Positions 1 to 14,375 of a stretch of DNA of 64,000 nt are shown piece after piece (the stretch's first letter is position 1; every line of letters begins with the position of its first letter). The DNA is taken from assembly GCF_004010195.1 (NCBI RefSeq), contig NC_057719.1, positions 42,369,820 to 42,433,819 of the forward strand, given 5' to 3'. The notes beneath the pieces were generated by a model, which did not search any database, was not told where the DNA came from, and worked only from the letters and a program-made list of their open reading frames with translations. The stretch is from Chiloscyllium plagiosum. Its lineage: Eukaryota. Both the position numbers and the translations under genes were made by a program.

Positions 1-734
1 TTTTCAACCTCTCCAAAGTGGACATTCAATGAATAAGGTGTCCATGGCAACAAACTGATTACATTGCCTATTGACACAAACCAGTTTTTGAGCTGATAAT
101 TTTTTTGTATATAATCTTGGGCCAGCTTTATAGCCCATCAGAATTGCTCTTGAGAAAGTGGTGGTGAGGTGCATTCATAATGCTGTCAGAGTTAGAGTCC
201 CAGGATTTTGTTTTGTATATGATGAGTGAGCTAGATGACTCACGCTAGTCAATGGCAATTCAAATCTGGAGGGAGTAGAGTTCAGACTGTTAACGTGGCT
301 GTGATGGTGAAGGGGATGAGCATTCCTCATTGATCAGCTTGGATGCATTAAAGGGGGGAAGCTGTTTCAGAATGCCAGTGATTTGTTCAGTGAAAGCTCT
401 AGTAAAGGTGTGATTCTAGTGACAGGAGCCTCATTTTCATGCTTAAAGCAATCAGCCTGACACTTCCAACTCAACCAGTGATTTGGGTTGGAAGTCAGGG
501 GAATTTTGGACTGACTGAGGCCAAATATAATGGGCTGGTACTTGGATGCAGATTTTCATGAAAGGAAATGTCAGCTACACATTCACCCAGTAGAAAGAAT
601 TCTGTTCATGTTTTCTCTGTATTCTTTTAATGGAGCCTCCCAACTCTGTAGGTGCAGCCAAAAATCTCATGCTTTGAGTATTGCTTAATATTCTAACAGA
701 ATTTAGAATGGAGAAATATATTGCAGAACTGGGC

Positions 735-1035
735 TAGCACTGCTGCCTCACAACACCAGGGTCCCAGGTTCAATTCCAGCCTCTGGCAACTCTGTATGGA
801 GTTTGCACATTCTCCTAGTGTCTGCGTGGGTTTCCTCCAGGTGCTCCAGTTTCCTCCCACAGTCCAAAGATGTGCAGGTCAGGTGACTTGGCCATGCTGA
901 ATTGCCCATAGTCTAAGGTGTGTTAGTCAGAGGGAAATGGTTCTGGATGGTTCACCCTTCAGAGGATCGGTGTGGACTGGTTGGGCCGAAGGGCCTGTTT
1001 CCACACTGTAGGGAATGTAATCTAACTAATCTAAT
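735..1035 (+). mobile_element. HE1-type V-SINE
   Basis: tRNA-like head (ggttcaattcc), V-domain core tgtggagtttgcac...gggtttcctcc...cagtccaaagatgtgcagg, CR1-derived tail. Confidence 0.85.
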
Positions 1036-2773
1036 CAGTGGGATCTGGGTGTGCTAGTACCTGAATCACAGTTTGTAGGTATAGCAAGAGATTAGGAAAA
1101 TAGATGGCATGCTGGCAATTATAGCAGAGAGAATGGAATATGAATATAGGGAAGTTTTACTGCAGCTGCACAAAGCAGGAGAGAAAACTGTTTGGGTCTC
1201 CTTACTTGAAATAAACAATATAAATGCTTCAGAAACAGTTAAGAAAAGGTACACTTGACTCATGCCTGAGATGAAGGGCTTACCTTACAAAGTATAAACA
1301 GATTAGGTCTATATTCTTTGGAACTTGGAAAAATGAGGTATGATCTGAGTGAAACATACCTGATTTGAGGAATACAGACAGGTTCATAGGAAGGGATTAG
1401 GAAGATGTTTCCTCTTTTAGGAGTGATGATGTAGAGGTGCTGGTGTTGGACTGGGTTGGACAAGGTCAAAAGTCACACTACTCCTGGTTATAATCTAACA
1501 GGTTTATTTGACAACGAGCTTTCAGAGCCTTTCTGCTTCTTCAGGTGCTCCTGCTTCAAGCTCCCAAAAGTATACTCATCGCCAACTCACATCCTGTATA
1601 AACACTTTACTATTCTCCCAGTTTCTCCAGCTCACTTGTCTCTGTTCTGACAAGATTTCTATCCAACTAGTTAATTTGAGCTTTTGAGCATCTCTATCCA
1701 TTGCCCACAGTTCTCTTTTCCTTCCAGGATTGCGATTGGGTTTCCTTCGTCTTCACCTTCCATCCCACTAGTCTCCTGACTTGACAAATTACATTCCACC
1801 ACACCCAAAGTGTTGGCACCACCAAGCAAATCATTTTCTCTCATTCCCTTTCAGAATTCTGAATGGTCTCTTCCATCAGCAACACCCTAGTCCACTGTTT
1901 AAATACCATTAACAACTCCCATTATCCAGTTTCATATGGTACCTCCCCAGCATGCAAATACAAAAGTGCAACACCTGCTCTTTTATCTATACCCTTCCAC
2001 CATCTGATAGAGATTCCCATGTCCATCATATTAATTATTTGTTCTACTCCATTCTGACTTCTTGGTTCATTCTTTCACTGAGGAACATCAAGGAACATCA
2101 GCTATTGGAAACTATACAATGGTCTTGACTGAACATCAGTCAATTTCTGATTGTAACTATATTTCCGATCTTTCCAGGTACCTGCTGCTGGTATTGATGT
2201 CATTTACAGCTCCCCTAGATTGATATGTTTTCTCTTGTCACATTATCCACCCCTTTTACCTCACAACATCCATTTTTGCCATTTAATCACTCTCTTGCTT
2301 TTCACATTCCCATTTGTTCTTTCCTCCTCTGCCCTTTTCTCTGCTTCTATTTGTTTAAAACTTGATGTATCTCTGATGTCAGTTTTCATGAAAGATAAAT
2401 ATCCTGAAGTGCTAATTCTGTTTTTTCCCTCCACAAACAGTACCTGACCTCCTGAGTATTTCTGGCATTTTCTGATTTTACTTCAGATTTCAATCATCTG
2501 TAATATATTTTTTTTTAATCTAAAACCACCTGACTATGTAAATGCATCATCAGCTGGATCCTTTTGTTCTTCTTTTACGGTTTGAAGAATATACTACGTC
2601 AAAAAACACTATATTGTGTTTGCTACTTTTCTCATGTATTTGACTTACTGCTTAATAGTTTTTACCAAGCCATTTTAGTTATAATGTAAAATTTGTTGTG
2701 CCACATGTTCTGATCGAGTAATGTTTGAGAGTAGTTTTGTTACTTCATGGTTATGCTTTATCCACTCCTCCAG

Positions 2774-2923
2774 CAAACCAGGAAATTCTAAACCAAGTGG
2801 AGGTTGAGTATGAAACACTTCCAGGCTGGAAGAGCAGCATTAGCAATGCTCGGACATGGGACGACCTGCCACCAAAGGCTCAAAACTACATCAGATTTAT
2901 TGAAAATCACGTGGCAGTCCCAA
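2774..2923 (+). CDS. ADSS1: Adenylosuccinate synthetase isozyme 1, penultimate coding exon
   Basis: Acceptor ctccag|, 150 nt, donor |gtgagt. Encodes [59 protein letters not shown], WxDLPP and ENHV fit ADSS1 better than ADSS2, and SIVA1/AKT1 are neighbours. Confidence 0.95.
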
Positions 2924-3122
2924 GTGAGTTTCCATGATAAGGAAGTTATTTGATAAGATTCTATAAAAATTGAATGTATATATTTAAGCAATGCATTAAT
3001 GTGTTCTTTTGAGGACCTTTTCTAAATATTTAGAAGCTGTTCAAATAGTAAATATATAATATCAACTTTTTTGTTATACAAACATTAGACAGTGACTGAA
3101 ATTTGCATTTGTTTTCTTCCAG

Positions 3123-3175
3123 TTAAATGGATTGGTGTTGGAAAATCAAGGGAGTCAATGATCCAACTTTTCTAA
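3123..3175 (+). CDS. ADSS1: Adenylosuccinate synthetase isozyme 1, last coding exon
   Basis: Acceptor ttcttccag|; phase-1 join gives IKWIGVGKSRESMIQLF*, the ADSS C-terminus. AATAAA candidates near 3388, 3439 and 3782. Confidence 0.96.
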
Positions 3176-4419
3176 TTACAGAACAGGACAGGATTGAATA
3201 ATTTCAACACACTCTCCTGTTTTTCTACATAAATTCAAGACTAATGTGTTATGTTGAAAATATTCCTGATATTGTATGAAGCATAATTAATTTACAATTC
3301 TATACATAAACAGTACTGAAGGTCATTGTTAACTGGAGGTTTAGAATATTTAAACACCACCATATTCCTACAATTCATGTTCAACTTAATAAAACAACAC
3401 ATCTGTCAGTGATTTCCATTAAATATTGAATCAGATTTAATAAACTGAACTCGTGAATGGATACTACTTTGGCAAAAGTTTAGAGTTAAGAACACTGAAA
3501 TAACTCAAATTTTGTTTTATGTTGGAGTTTGCAATTAGATCAATTTTACATTTAATTGTTATTTAAACTAACAAAAGAAATTGTACATCCTGTTTGTACT
3601 TTGCCATAATTTATTCAAAGATTCTCGAGTTAACTCACTCAAAGCCTGTAAATCATATCCTACAGCTCTTTTCTTAAAAAATCCAATGGGCATTCATTCT
3701 ATTTCATCAGAAAAGGGAGATGCTTCCATTTTAATAGCTTTAGAATTGTTTTACAATAGGTACATTCATTATTTAAATCCAAATAAAATCTAATTAAAAA
3801 ATCACAATGCATAGGGTTAAGTATGAACTCTATTTATTAGACATGAACAATAGACAAAACATTTTGCGAATGCCTTTTCATGCCTGTTGAACTTTGCGAA
3901 GTACAGCAACAGTGTTTTTATTTCCAAGTGCCCTGTAAAATGTGTTTAGCACAGTCAGTAATGCATGCCTTGGTATTATATAACAAGTTAAAGAATCAGG
4001 TTTCGCTTGCCTATTAATTATAACTTACATCAGGGTTTATGTTGTATGATGAATCATATTCTGTCTTCCAGCGATAGGTATCAGGTTTCCCGTATACATC
4101 TTTTGGGACTTTTTTAAATGTGTCTCTTGCTGCTTTCAGATTGTTGTAAGTGCCATCTTCACACTTCAGTTCTTCAACAGCTCTTGCATATTCACTGCTG
4201 TAATGTTTATTAAATAGTCCTCTGTTAATGCACTTGTTTAAAAAATTGTGATCTTTTCATTTTCATGTTTTATTATACAATTAAAGCAATTAGCTGGATG
4301 TCAGCGATGCTTAATCTATATTAAAAACAAGAAAAATGGAGCACTTCAGAAATCTTTATAATTTCATAAAGTAATTTCAAATTTATGATTGTTTGACAAA
4401 TTTTAGTGTTTTTGAAATT

Positions 4420-5480
4420 GTAGCTTAGAGGGTATATAGAGGGTCATAAGTGGATATATTGAATTTTCAGTAAAATTTGCTAAGATACCACCAGGTTATT
4501 ACAGAAAATTACGGTTCAAAGGCCTTTAATATAATGTATTAGCATGCAGTGGTAACTACAAATAGACAGAAAATAGAGAGTGGAAGTATAAAGAAAAATT
4601 TTGCTTGGCAAGGCTGCAAATAAAGGAGTACATCAGGCCCTTTGTTTGGATCTCACCTATTTACAATTTAACATAAATGAACCGGATGAGGGGACTGAGT
4701 GTATTGTATGTACATTTGCTGGCATTACACAGTTTAGTGGGAAAATAATCTGGACGGAGGCAAAAAAAGGGCCTGTCAAAGCAAGTGAGATGACAGTACA
4801 ACTGTGACAGATCTGAAATAATGTGGAGTAATGTGAAGTTATCCTCTCCTAGGGAAAACTGTAAACCAGAATATTTTTAAATGATGAGAGGAACACCGTT
4901 ATCTTTGCATCAGTATCACAAAGTTAATACAATGTTACATGACAATTAGGAAAGCATACTGTGTGCTGTTTGTCATCTTTCCTAAGAAATGGCACCTCCT
5001 GCCTTAGAATAAATGAAACAAAGGTTCACTTGTCTAATTTCTAGGATGAGGGGATTGTTGCTTTGAGCAGTGTGCGGGGATTTGGCCTATATTCCCTAAT
5101 TTTGAAAAGAAAGAGATAAACACTTGAAACAAAAACATTAAGAAGTTTGATAGAGTAATTGCTGGGAGCAACTTTCCTCTTTGTTTAGTGAGTCCAGAAA
5201 AAGTGGGTCATGGTCTCAATATCAGGGGTGGCCATTCAGGACTGAGAGGAGAAGACATTCCCTCTCGGAAGATTGTGAATCTTTGGTCTTCTGTACCAAG
5301 TTAGATGCTTATTCATTGAATATACTCGAGTGGATCAATACATATTTTCGGATGCTAAAAACATCAAGTGATGGACAGATACAGTGAGAACCTGGAGTCT
5401 AGGAAAAAGATCAGCCAAGATCTTATTGAATGCCAAAGTTGGTTTACAGTCAGAATGGTCTACTCTTGTTTCTTATGTTC
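4420..5480 (+). mobile_element. Old degenerate CR1
   Basis: Decayed RT and C-terminal motifs (INEPDEG..C...FA) and a CR1-like 3' tail. Confidence 0.65.
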
Positions 5481-7774
5481 TTATTACAGTTATGCTGAGT
5501 TATGTATTTTTTATTTTTAAAGTAATTTAGAGTTACTACAATTTAGAAAACAAACTCCAACCAACAACTATTTATCACTTAGCATACAATGTACGAATTG
5601 GGTTATAAATTGTGAATCTCTTAGAAATGACAACAGCCATCCACTGCTTTTCTTTGCCATCTTAAAATGCTCTCCCTCGCTGGCTGAACACAGGTCATTT
5701 TATTGCCAGTATTATTGTTTTTGTTTTCCCTCCAGAAACCACCTAGCACCTAGCTGAATGCCATCCTTTTGCATTGCAATATTTTTGGTTGAGAGTCTTT
5801 TATCACTAGTTGGATAAAGTAATATTGTTATATGTAATGACTCAATAGGAATTCTGATGCAAATATGGTTGAAAGCAGGAAAAAGACTTTGCTTCCCTCC
5901 AGTATCAACTAGGAATTTATACTGACAACATGTCAGCACTAGACCAGGAGTAGGAAACTGCAGGTTTTTTTCCTAACATCTTAGTCAACATAGAAACAGT
6001 TTCTCATCTTTTTATCTATATTCTGTGTGTTGGACTTCCCTGTTTACAAATTTGCTACAGCATTTTTATACAATAAAATGACTACAATTTTAAACGAATT
6101 CACTAAGTGTTTGAGATGATTGTAAAAAATGCACAATATTAAGAATAAAACAAACCTGTGTAAACTGTAAAATGCTGGTGTTGTTTTCTATACCTAGAAA
6201 AGATATCAGATACAGAGGTGGTGGAAGTCTTCACAAATTTCAGTTTATTTCCCCCCCCCCCCTTCTCTTTCTTGGGCAGACTGTTAGGGCCAGGCACCAC
6301 TCCGAGTAACATCATCCAGTCCTCTCACATATGATCATTGTTATTATTATATGAATAATGGTGGTGAATAATAGGATATGCTTTTACAATAAGTTTCAGT
6401 TTTCAGAATATTTCTATCCTCAACCTACATCTAAAGAATATTAATTTCAGTATTTCTGTAGCTGCCTTTGCCCAATTTCAGCTATGTGTCAAGACTAGTA
6501 ATTGGGAACATGACAAAATCAATCTTATAGGACATAGTTAGTTACACAGAATTTGAATTAAATGGCCCTAAAATCCCTTTAAAATGCAATGATTCACAGA
6601 TTCTCTGCAGGAATAAAAGGTTCATCACTTAAATAGTATGGTTACAGGAACTTTTTAATGTTGCTAGTTTAATTCAGGTCTGTTCAGTGGCCTAGCTGAG
6701 GACTGTAATGGTGAGGAATGTGATAATAATGTCACTGAATACCAAGGATTGGAATTAAATGCTCTGTTGTTGGAGTCTGTAAACTTATGTGGCATGAATC
6801 TAACATGCCACATATCCAAGCTTGGATGTTGACCAGGTTTTGCCACGTGCAGGCACAAATTACATAATTACCAGAGGAATTGTTAGTCAATCTGTGCAAT
6901 CATTGAACAGGTCTGTTCTACTTTGAGAACAGGGATGCAAATACAATTCTCAGAACCTGCATAGGTCTGAAGTCAACAGGCCTGGCCTGTGAACTGAGTA
7001 GAGATTGACAGTTTATCTTGTAAAGGTCAATTATCATTTTACTGCCTGTAATGTGTCAGAATGGATTTAGTGGTCTAAAACACTATTCAATTTTATGCAA
7101 TTCCTTTGATCCAGATATAAGCATCTGCCCATCCTGACCACTTGGAGCTGTGAGACTGGAAACAACACAAAACTACTGAGTAGATGTGCTATGTGATAGA
7201 ACTTCGGTCTATCCAACAACCAATAGAAATTTCTAAAGTTTCATCTTTGCTAAGGAGACCTAGAACTAATCTGTTCACTATTATTGAATGTGGGTTCTAT
7301 GAGGATGGCTTGGTTCCAGAACACCCATCAGTCTAAACCTGAACAAAATAGCTAGATTCCAGAGATGAGGAAAAGTGACTGTCCTAGTCATAAATGTAGC
7401 ATTTGATTAAGTGTTGCATCAAGGAGGACCAATAAATGAAGTCAATAAGGAATAGGGAGAACCTCTACACTGGTTAGAGTGATATGCGGCACAAAAGATG
7501 ATGGTTGCAATTATTGGCACCAAGACATCACTGCAGGTGCTCCTCAATGATTTCCTGAGCCCAACCATCTTAAAATGCTTTAGTAATGGCGTTCTCAAAA
7601 TCATAAGGTTACAGTTGGACACAAGCAATAAAAAGAAGCACATTATCTGAATGGTAAGAGTTTGCAGCACAGATGCATATCTAGGTGTCCTCATTCATGA
7701 ATCATGAAAGATTAATATGCAGGAACAGCAACTAATTAGAAAAGCTAAGAATGTTACTGTTTGTGAGGAGAATT

Positions 7775-9270
7775 AAGAGTCAGATGTACAGCATGGAAAC
7801 AGGCCCTTCGGTCCAACCCGTCCATGCCAACCAGATATCCCAACCCAATCTAGTCCCAGCTGCCAGCACCCAGCCCATATTCCTCCAAATGCTTCCTATT
7901 CAAATACCCATCTAAATGCCTTTTAAATGTTGCAATTGTACCAGCCTCCACCACTTCCTCCTGCAGTTCATTCCATACACGTACCACCCTCTGTGTGAAA
8001 AGGTTGCCCCTTAGGTCTCTCACCCTAAACCTATGCCCTCCAGTTCTGGACACCCTGACGCCAGGGAAAAGACTTTGCCTATTTATCCTATCCATGCCCC
8101 TCATAATTTTATAAACCTTGTTAAGGTCACCCCTCAGCCTCCGACTCTCCAGGGGAAACAGCCCCAACTTGTTCAGCCTCTCCCTATAGCTCAAATCCTC
8201 CAACCCTGGCAACATCCTTGTAAATCTTTTCTGAACCCTTTCAAGTTTCACAACATCTTTCTGATAGGAAGGAGACCAGAATTGCACACAATATTCCAAC
8301 AGTGGCCTAACCAATGTCCTGTACAGCCACAAAATGACCTCCTAAACCATGTACTCAATACTCTGACCAATAAACAAAAGCATACCAAACGCCTTCTTCA
8401 CTATCCTATCTACCTTTGACTCCACTTTCAAGGAGCTATGAACCTGCATTCCAAGGTCTCTTTGTTCAGCAACACTCCCTAGGACCTTACCATTAAGTGT
8501 ACAAGTCTTGCTAAGATTTGCTTTCCCAAAAATGTAGCACCTCACATTTATCTGAATTAAACTCCATCTGCCACTTCTCAGCCCATTGGTCCATTTGATC
8601 AAGATCCTTTGTAATCTGAGGTAACCTCCTTCGCTGTCCAATACACCTCCAATTTTGGTGTCATCTGCAAACCTACTAACTATATCTCTTTTGCTCGCAT
8701 CCAAATCATTTATCTCAATGGCAAAACGTAGAGGACCCAGCACCGATCCTCATGGCACTCCACAGGTCACAGACCTGCAGTCTGAAAAACAACCCTCCAC
8801 CACCATCCTCTGTCTTCTATCTTTGAGCCAGTTCTGTATCCAAATGGCTAGTTCTCCCTGTATTCCATGAGATCTAACCTTGCTAACCAGTCTACCATGG
8901 GGAACCTTGTCGAATGCCTTACTGAAGTCCATATAGATCACATCTACCGCTCTGCCCTCATCAATCCTCTTTGTTACTTCTTCAAAAAACTCAGTCAAGT
9001 TTGAGACATGAGTTTCTATGCACAAAGCCATGTTGACTATCCCTAATCAGTCCTTGCCTTTCCAAATACATGTACATCCTGTCCCTCAGGATTCCCTCCA
9101 AGAGCTTGCTCACCACTGATGTCAGGCTCACTGGTCTATAGTTCCTTGGTTTGTCCATACCATCCTTCATAAACAGTGGCACTATTTTAGCCAACCTCCA
9201 GTCTTCCGGCACCTCACCTGTGACTATCCATGATACAAATATCTCAGCAAGAGGTCCAGCAATCACTTCT
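7775..9270 (-). mobile_element. CR1 (HER1-like) LINE, 5'-truncated, nested in an older + strand CR1
   Basis: RT motifs NYRPVSLTS, YMDFSKAFDKVPH, FADDTK and the 3' tail. The older CR1 is visible at about 7440-7775 and 9275-9830. Confidence 0.92.
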
Positions 9271-12200
9271 CTCGATAGTAGGCAGGTCATGCTTCAGTTA
9301 TAAGGAGCACTAATAAGACTACATTGGAGTAATATGCAGAATATTGGTTTCTTTATTTATAGAAGGATGTAGTGCCTTGGAAGCACTTCAGAAAAATTTA
9401 TTAGACTGATATCTGTGATGGGTGAATTTTCTTTTTAAGGAAAAAAGTGGATGGGCTAAGCTCAGGTTTAGAAAATTGGAAGGTGATTTAATTGCAATAT
9501 ATAAAGATCCTGAGAGGTTTTGGCAGTGTGCATGTGCGAAGTATATTTTCTCTTGTGGGGGAGTCTAAAATGCGGGGTAACTATGTAAAGGATTGTCATT
9601 TAAGATTTTGTTTTCCTCAAGAGTCATGGGTCTTTGGAACTTTTCTTGAAAATGTGATGGGGCAGCATCGTTGAATATATTCAAGGCAGAGGTAAATGGA
9701 TAAGTAAAGGGGTGAAAAATAATTGAAGAGTGGTGAGACGATGGAGTAATCCCATCAACAATGATCTTATCGAACGGCTGAGCAGGATCAAAGGGTCTTT
9801 TGACTACTTCTGCTCTCGGTTCTTACATTCAAATGTTTCCTCATCTATTTAAATGTGGGACCCTCCAGAGTTTCCTTTCAGTGACTTACCTGACAGCACG
9901 TAAACAAATGGCCTGATCTTCACATTTCACAAGGTAAGACATTCATCTCAATTCCAACTAGTATGATTCTAGGCAGGAATTAAAATCAGGCCAACTGCTT
10001 CTGATGCATTTTTAGATTTTAAGAACTATGGAATTCCTACACCTTACCTGCGAGTAATTCTGCCTTTGCAAACTTCCATGGTCCCAAGCGGTGGCACAAT
10101 TGTAGTCTGAAAGAAAAAAAAATGTTTTCAACAAGTAAACATTTTTACGTAAAACATTTTATGTTGAAATTATCTCTTAATCACTGATTTTGTTCTAATT
10201 CACTATTTCCCAAGCCTTTTATTGTTACTTTTTGTGTTCTCCAATATCCAGCTAATTACTAACTGAACTTCAGTTTCTCTGTTCCCTGTGGCTGAGAACA
10301 GAAGCGACTGAGTACTGAAAGTTCTTTTTAAAAAAATTAGTGGAACATGAATTGCAGGAATATTCCATAAAATTTGCTGCTTACAGTAATGAGTTTACAA
10401 ACCATGTACTGTTTTATTCTGAAGAGTTTGCATTTAACTATTAAATAACAATGTCAGCTTCTACTCACTCTGGCAGTATGAACGGAACCTGTGTGCTAAG
10501 CCAGACTGCAGTTTGTATTGTGTATCTAGGATACGTTATAATCAGCTATGGTATGTCTCATTAATGACCAGTGTACAACACTACCACAATATAAATAAGA
10601 ATTGTATAGTTTCTTAACAATAATTAGATGTTACTAACCCTTTAGAGACAGGCAATGGGGAAGTGGGGAGGATTGAAGTGGAAAGGGTATGTGGTGGGGA
10701 GGATGTTCCTCATTGCATGCTGCTCAGCCCAGGAAAGAGCCCCAATAGCTGCCTGCTCAGCATATCCTCACAGGTGTGTTTGTGGCAGAATGTTGTACTG
10801 GTGGAGCTCTGTTCTAGATTCTTTTCCATATTGATGATTTAGGTCTAAATGTGAGATAGCTGATGTAGACGTTTGAAGAAACATGATGATGCAGAACTGA
10901 TCGATAAACTAGTTAAACATTTGGAGGATATCATTGCTTTATTACCCAAAGCATAGAATTTGCTCGAACACTGAGGCATTGATTTTCTAGGCTACAGTAC
11001 AATGTGCTGTTCTAACCACTCCATCACAGGAATAATGAAATCACACTGATAAGGGTACAGCAGAGATTTACAAAGATGTTGCCTCAAATGGGGTATTTTC
11101 ACATAGTAAAGATTGGACAGGCTGGAGTTGTTTCCTTTAGAAGCAAAAATGCTACAGGGAGATTTAATTGAGCTGTGTAAACTTGAGGGGCCTAAATAGC
11201 AATGGAATTACCTATTTTTCTGAGCGGTAAGATCAGTAACAGATGCAATGGATTTGAAGTAACTGGAAAAAGCACAAGGAAATTGGGGAAAAACATTTTC
11301 ATCCATAGAGTGGTGAAGGGCAGAAACTAGCTGCCTGAAAGAACTGGATATCAGTGCACCATAACTTACAGACCTGCAAACAGAGCTTGGCAATGAGATT
11401 ATTTGGATGGATAACTTTTTTTTGCTTATAGCCATGACCACCAGAATGGGCTCCTCCATAGAAGATTTCGGTGATTTTATTGCCCTGAATTTTACCAAAG
11501 ACATTGGAAATGTAGGGCTGGATATGTACATGGTGAGACACTGAGCATGTGCCTAGGCACAAGGTATTGCAAGGCGCCATGTTGCCAGAGGGCAAGGTTA
11601 CTTGCACGTTTGGCTGCACAGGACTCTGGCGACTTTGATAGGACAGGCTTTAGAAGATGACTCATGGGTGCACATCACAAAATGCTTTAGGTGCCACCAG
11701 AGAGCATGCAGTCAATATCAAGGAACATCGAGAAACCTATCCCTGAATTTTATGCAGAGCTTGGAGCCCATCCTTCCCAGAACTGAAGTGATGGTCCAGT
11801 CCTCAGATCCTTAGATGTGACCATGGTGCAGCATCTGATGGTCATAGTACAGCTCCCACTGCAGCACTAACATCAATTCTGAAAGCTACTGTGGAAGCTT
11901 AGCTTAGACTGAAGTTATGCAAGCTCAGACTGCCTTTGGCATTACTGCAGTTTGCAATTATCAAAGCAATTTGCAAAGTGTCACAGCAATCCAGCACACT
12001 TTCTGAGGTTGTTGAGGACCAGCCATAAAGGGGTGGCCTGATGCCAAGCTCATGATGGAAGGTTGGATAGTATTCAGAGACTGTCACAATTCTTGTGATC
12101 CATGAAGCCCAGGCAGCAGAATGGTTGCCTGAGCACACCAAAGGGCTGCAATATCAATTTATTGAGACAGCACTGTGCAAGTGTGCATGAGTTCATATTA

Positions 12201-13184
12201 GTTTTGAGAGCCACGTCTTAAGTGTGTCACCTTTAGCACACAGTATCCAGTCTTTGTTTCTCCACCTGGCTCAAATGTAGCCAACAAAAGAGGAAGGCCA
12301 CAGAATGAAGTTGCCCTGACAGTTTTCAGGATATCAGGCACTGACTTGGATCATGTGCTGACTACTGACAGCCAACAAATAGATACCAAGGGAGTGGAAT
12401 CCCTTTTTGCTTCTACTACATGGCAGGGTTGATGTGCAGTGCCCACAAAGCAATGTACATGCAGTCAATGGGACACTACATCACGGGGAAATCCTGCAAA
12501 TCTAGCAAAGCTATTTGTTCTCTCCATCTGGTTCCCTCAGGCGAGAGAGAATTAACTTATCTCAATAAATGAAAAGCTTCAGTGACAGACTTCATGAATC
12601 GGTGCATTGCAAACTGAAAAAAGGTGTACACATTGGCAGCAGAAGAAGCTCCAAAGATTCCTGAGATTTAAAAGTTCATAGCTTTAGTCACCTTCACAGC
12701 AGCTGGAAATGTGCTCCTTATCAAACTCTGAAGTTGGAATTGTGACGGATACAATTCACAGATTTCAGTATGAAGCTCCTTTAATGATGTGCTGACATCT
12801 CAGATATTGTACATTGCTGAGGTTCAGATGTTGGAAATGCCCCCCAACACAAAGGGTTGATATGGTCTTATAGTACACACCTTCTCTCACTTCCTCTTCC
12901 ATCTGCTTGGCCTAGTCAGTGGATTCTGATCATTCTCATGATCCTACACTGTTCTGAGAAGAAACCTACTGGAGGTCCATGTCTAGCAGCAATTGGTTTG
13001 TGAAGAAATCTTGAAGTCAGCAAAAAGACCTACCACACCGGTCGCTGCAGACTTTTTAAAAGGATAATGGAGTGTCCCTAAAAAAAATCTACATTTGTAA
13101 CAACAGCCAGGAGAAAAAAATACAATGAACTTGTTGACCTGCTCCACAGGGTCCTAGGAAGGATCACTTAACTGGAAGCAGTCA

Positions 13185-13410
13185 CAATCCACTCCGCAAC
13201 TACACTGGCCCCACCCCCCACCTTTTCCTCCGCTACATCGATGACTGTATCGGCGCCGCCTCGTGCTCCCACGAGGAAGTTGAACAGTTCATCCACTTCA
13301 CCAACACCTTCCACCCCGACCTCAAATTCACCTGGACAGTCTCAGATTCCTCCCTGCCCTTCCTCGACCTTTCTATTTCTATCTCAGGCGACCGAATCAA
13401 CACGGAGTGA
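13185..13410 (+). mobile_element. Penelope-like element RT fragment
   Basis: FLRYIDDCIGAASCSHEEVEQFIHFTNTFHPDLKFTW...LPFLDL; CpGs retained, so relatively young. Confidence 0.85.
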
Positions 13411-14375
13411 TCCACTAGATCACTCAAATATAAGAAACCTGCAAGGAAGCAGGGTAAGCAGGACGGCCTGCTAGTAAGACTGAGACTACTCTGTTTCAAG
13501 ACCTCCCTTCCTAGCTTACTCCTGGCAAATGTACAATCTCTGGAGAACAAGATGAAAGAACCCAGATCATGGCTCAGCTTCCAGATGGCGTCGAAACAGA
13601 CTATATACAAGAGGTGGAAGATCTGGAAAAATGGTGCACCGAGAACAACCTAGCTCTCAATGCCAGCAAAACCAAGGAACTCATTATTAACTTTCGACGG
13701 GATGTTACTCATGCCCCCTCCCCACACACACACATTAACAGCACAGAGGTGGAACGAGCAGCAAGTGTCATGAGTGGTCGTTCACAACAAGCTTTCTTGG
13801 ACTCATGTGGATGCACTGGTTACAAAGGCCCAATGTCTCTTCTGCCTCAGACAGCTAAGGAAATTTGGCATGAGTGCGAATACCCTAGCCAACTTTTATG
13901 GGTGTGCCATCAAGAGCATTCTGTCTGGATGTATCACTACCTGGTTTGGCAACTGGACCATTCAAGATTGGAGTCGGTTACAGAGAGTGGTGAAATCAGC
14001 CTGTACAATCACAAAGGCCAGTCTCCCATCCATTGAGTCCATCTACCAGGCTCGCTGTCAAGGAAAGGCCGCCAGCATTCTCAAAGATCCAACCCACCCT
14101 GGCAATGTTTGTCTACAACCTCTGTCATCGAGTAGAAGGTACAGAAGCCTGAACATGTGCACCAGAGTTTCATAACAGTTTTTACCCTACTGTTGTTAAA
14201 ATGCTGACTGGACTCACAAACGTTTAACATTTAACCTGTGTTTTTGTTTTTGCCACTGTTTACCTATTATTTACTTATCAATGCTACTTAACTCTGTGAC
14301 CCACTTGTATTCCTCACAAGACAAAGCTTTATACTATGCCTCAGCACAAATAACAACAACTTCAATTCAATTCAA
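13410..14375 (+). mobile_element. Rex-Babar-type LINE with a large internal deletion
   Basis: N-terminal LPSLLLANVQSLENK joined to the RT C-terminus WCTENNLALNASKTKELII and FYGCAIKSILSGCITTWFG; (TTCAA)n tail. Confidence 0.8.

Noticed and set aside
2774..3175. Assignment as ADSS2 with AKT3
   Set aside because: Diagnostic residues and the adjacent SIVA1 favour the ADSS1-SIVA1-AKT1 block.
8033..8419. Recurrent MPSSSG.P/PQPPTLQGKQP ORFs
   Set aside because: Antisense frames of CR1 ORF2.
11400..13180. Possible PIF/Harbinger remnants (also about 41690-42200 and 57300-57420)
   Set aside because: Only faint motif resemblance; too decayed to call without a profile search.
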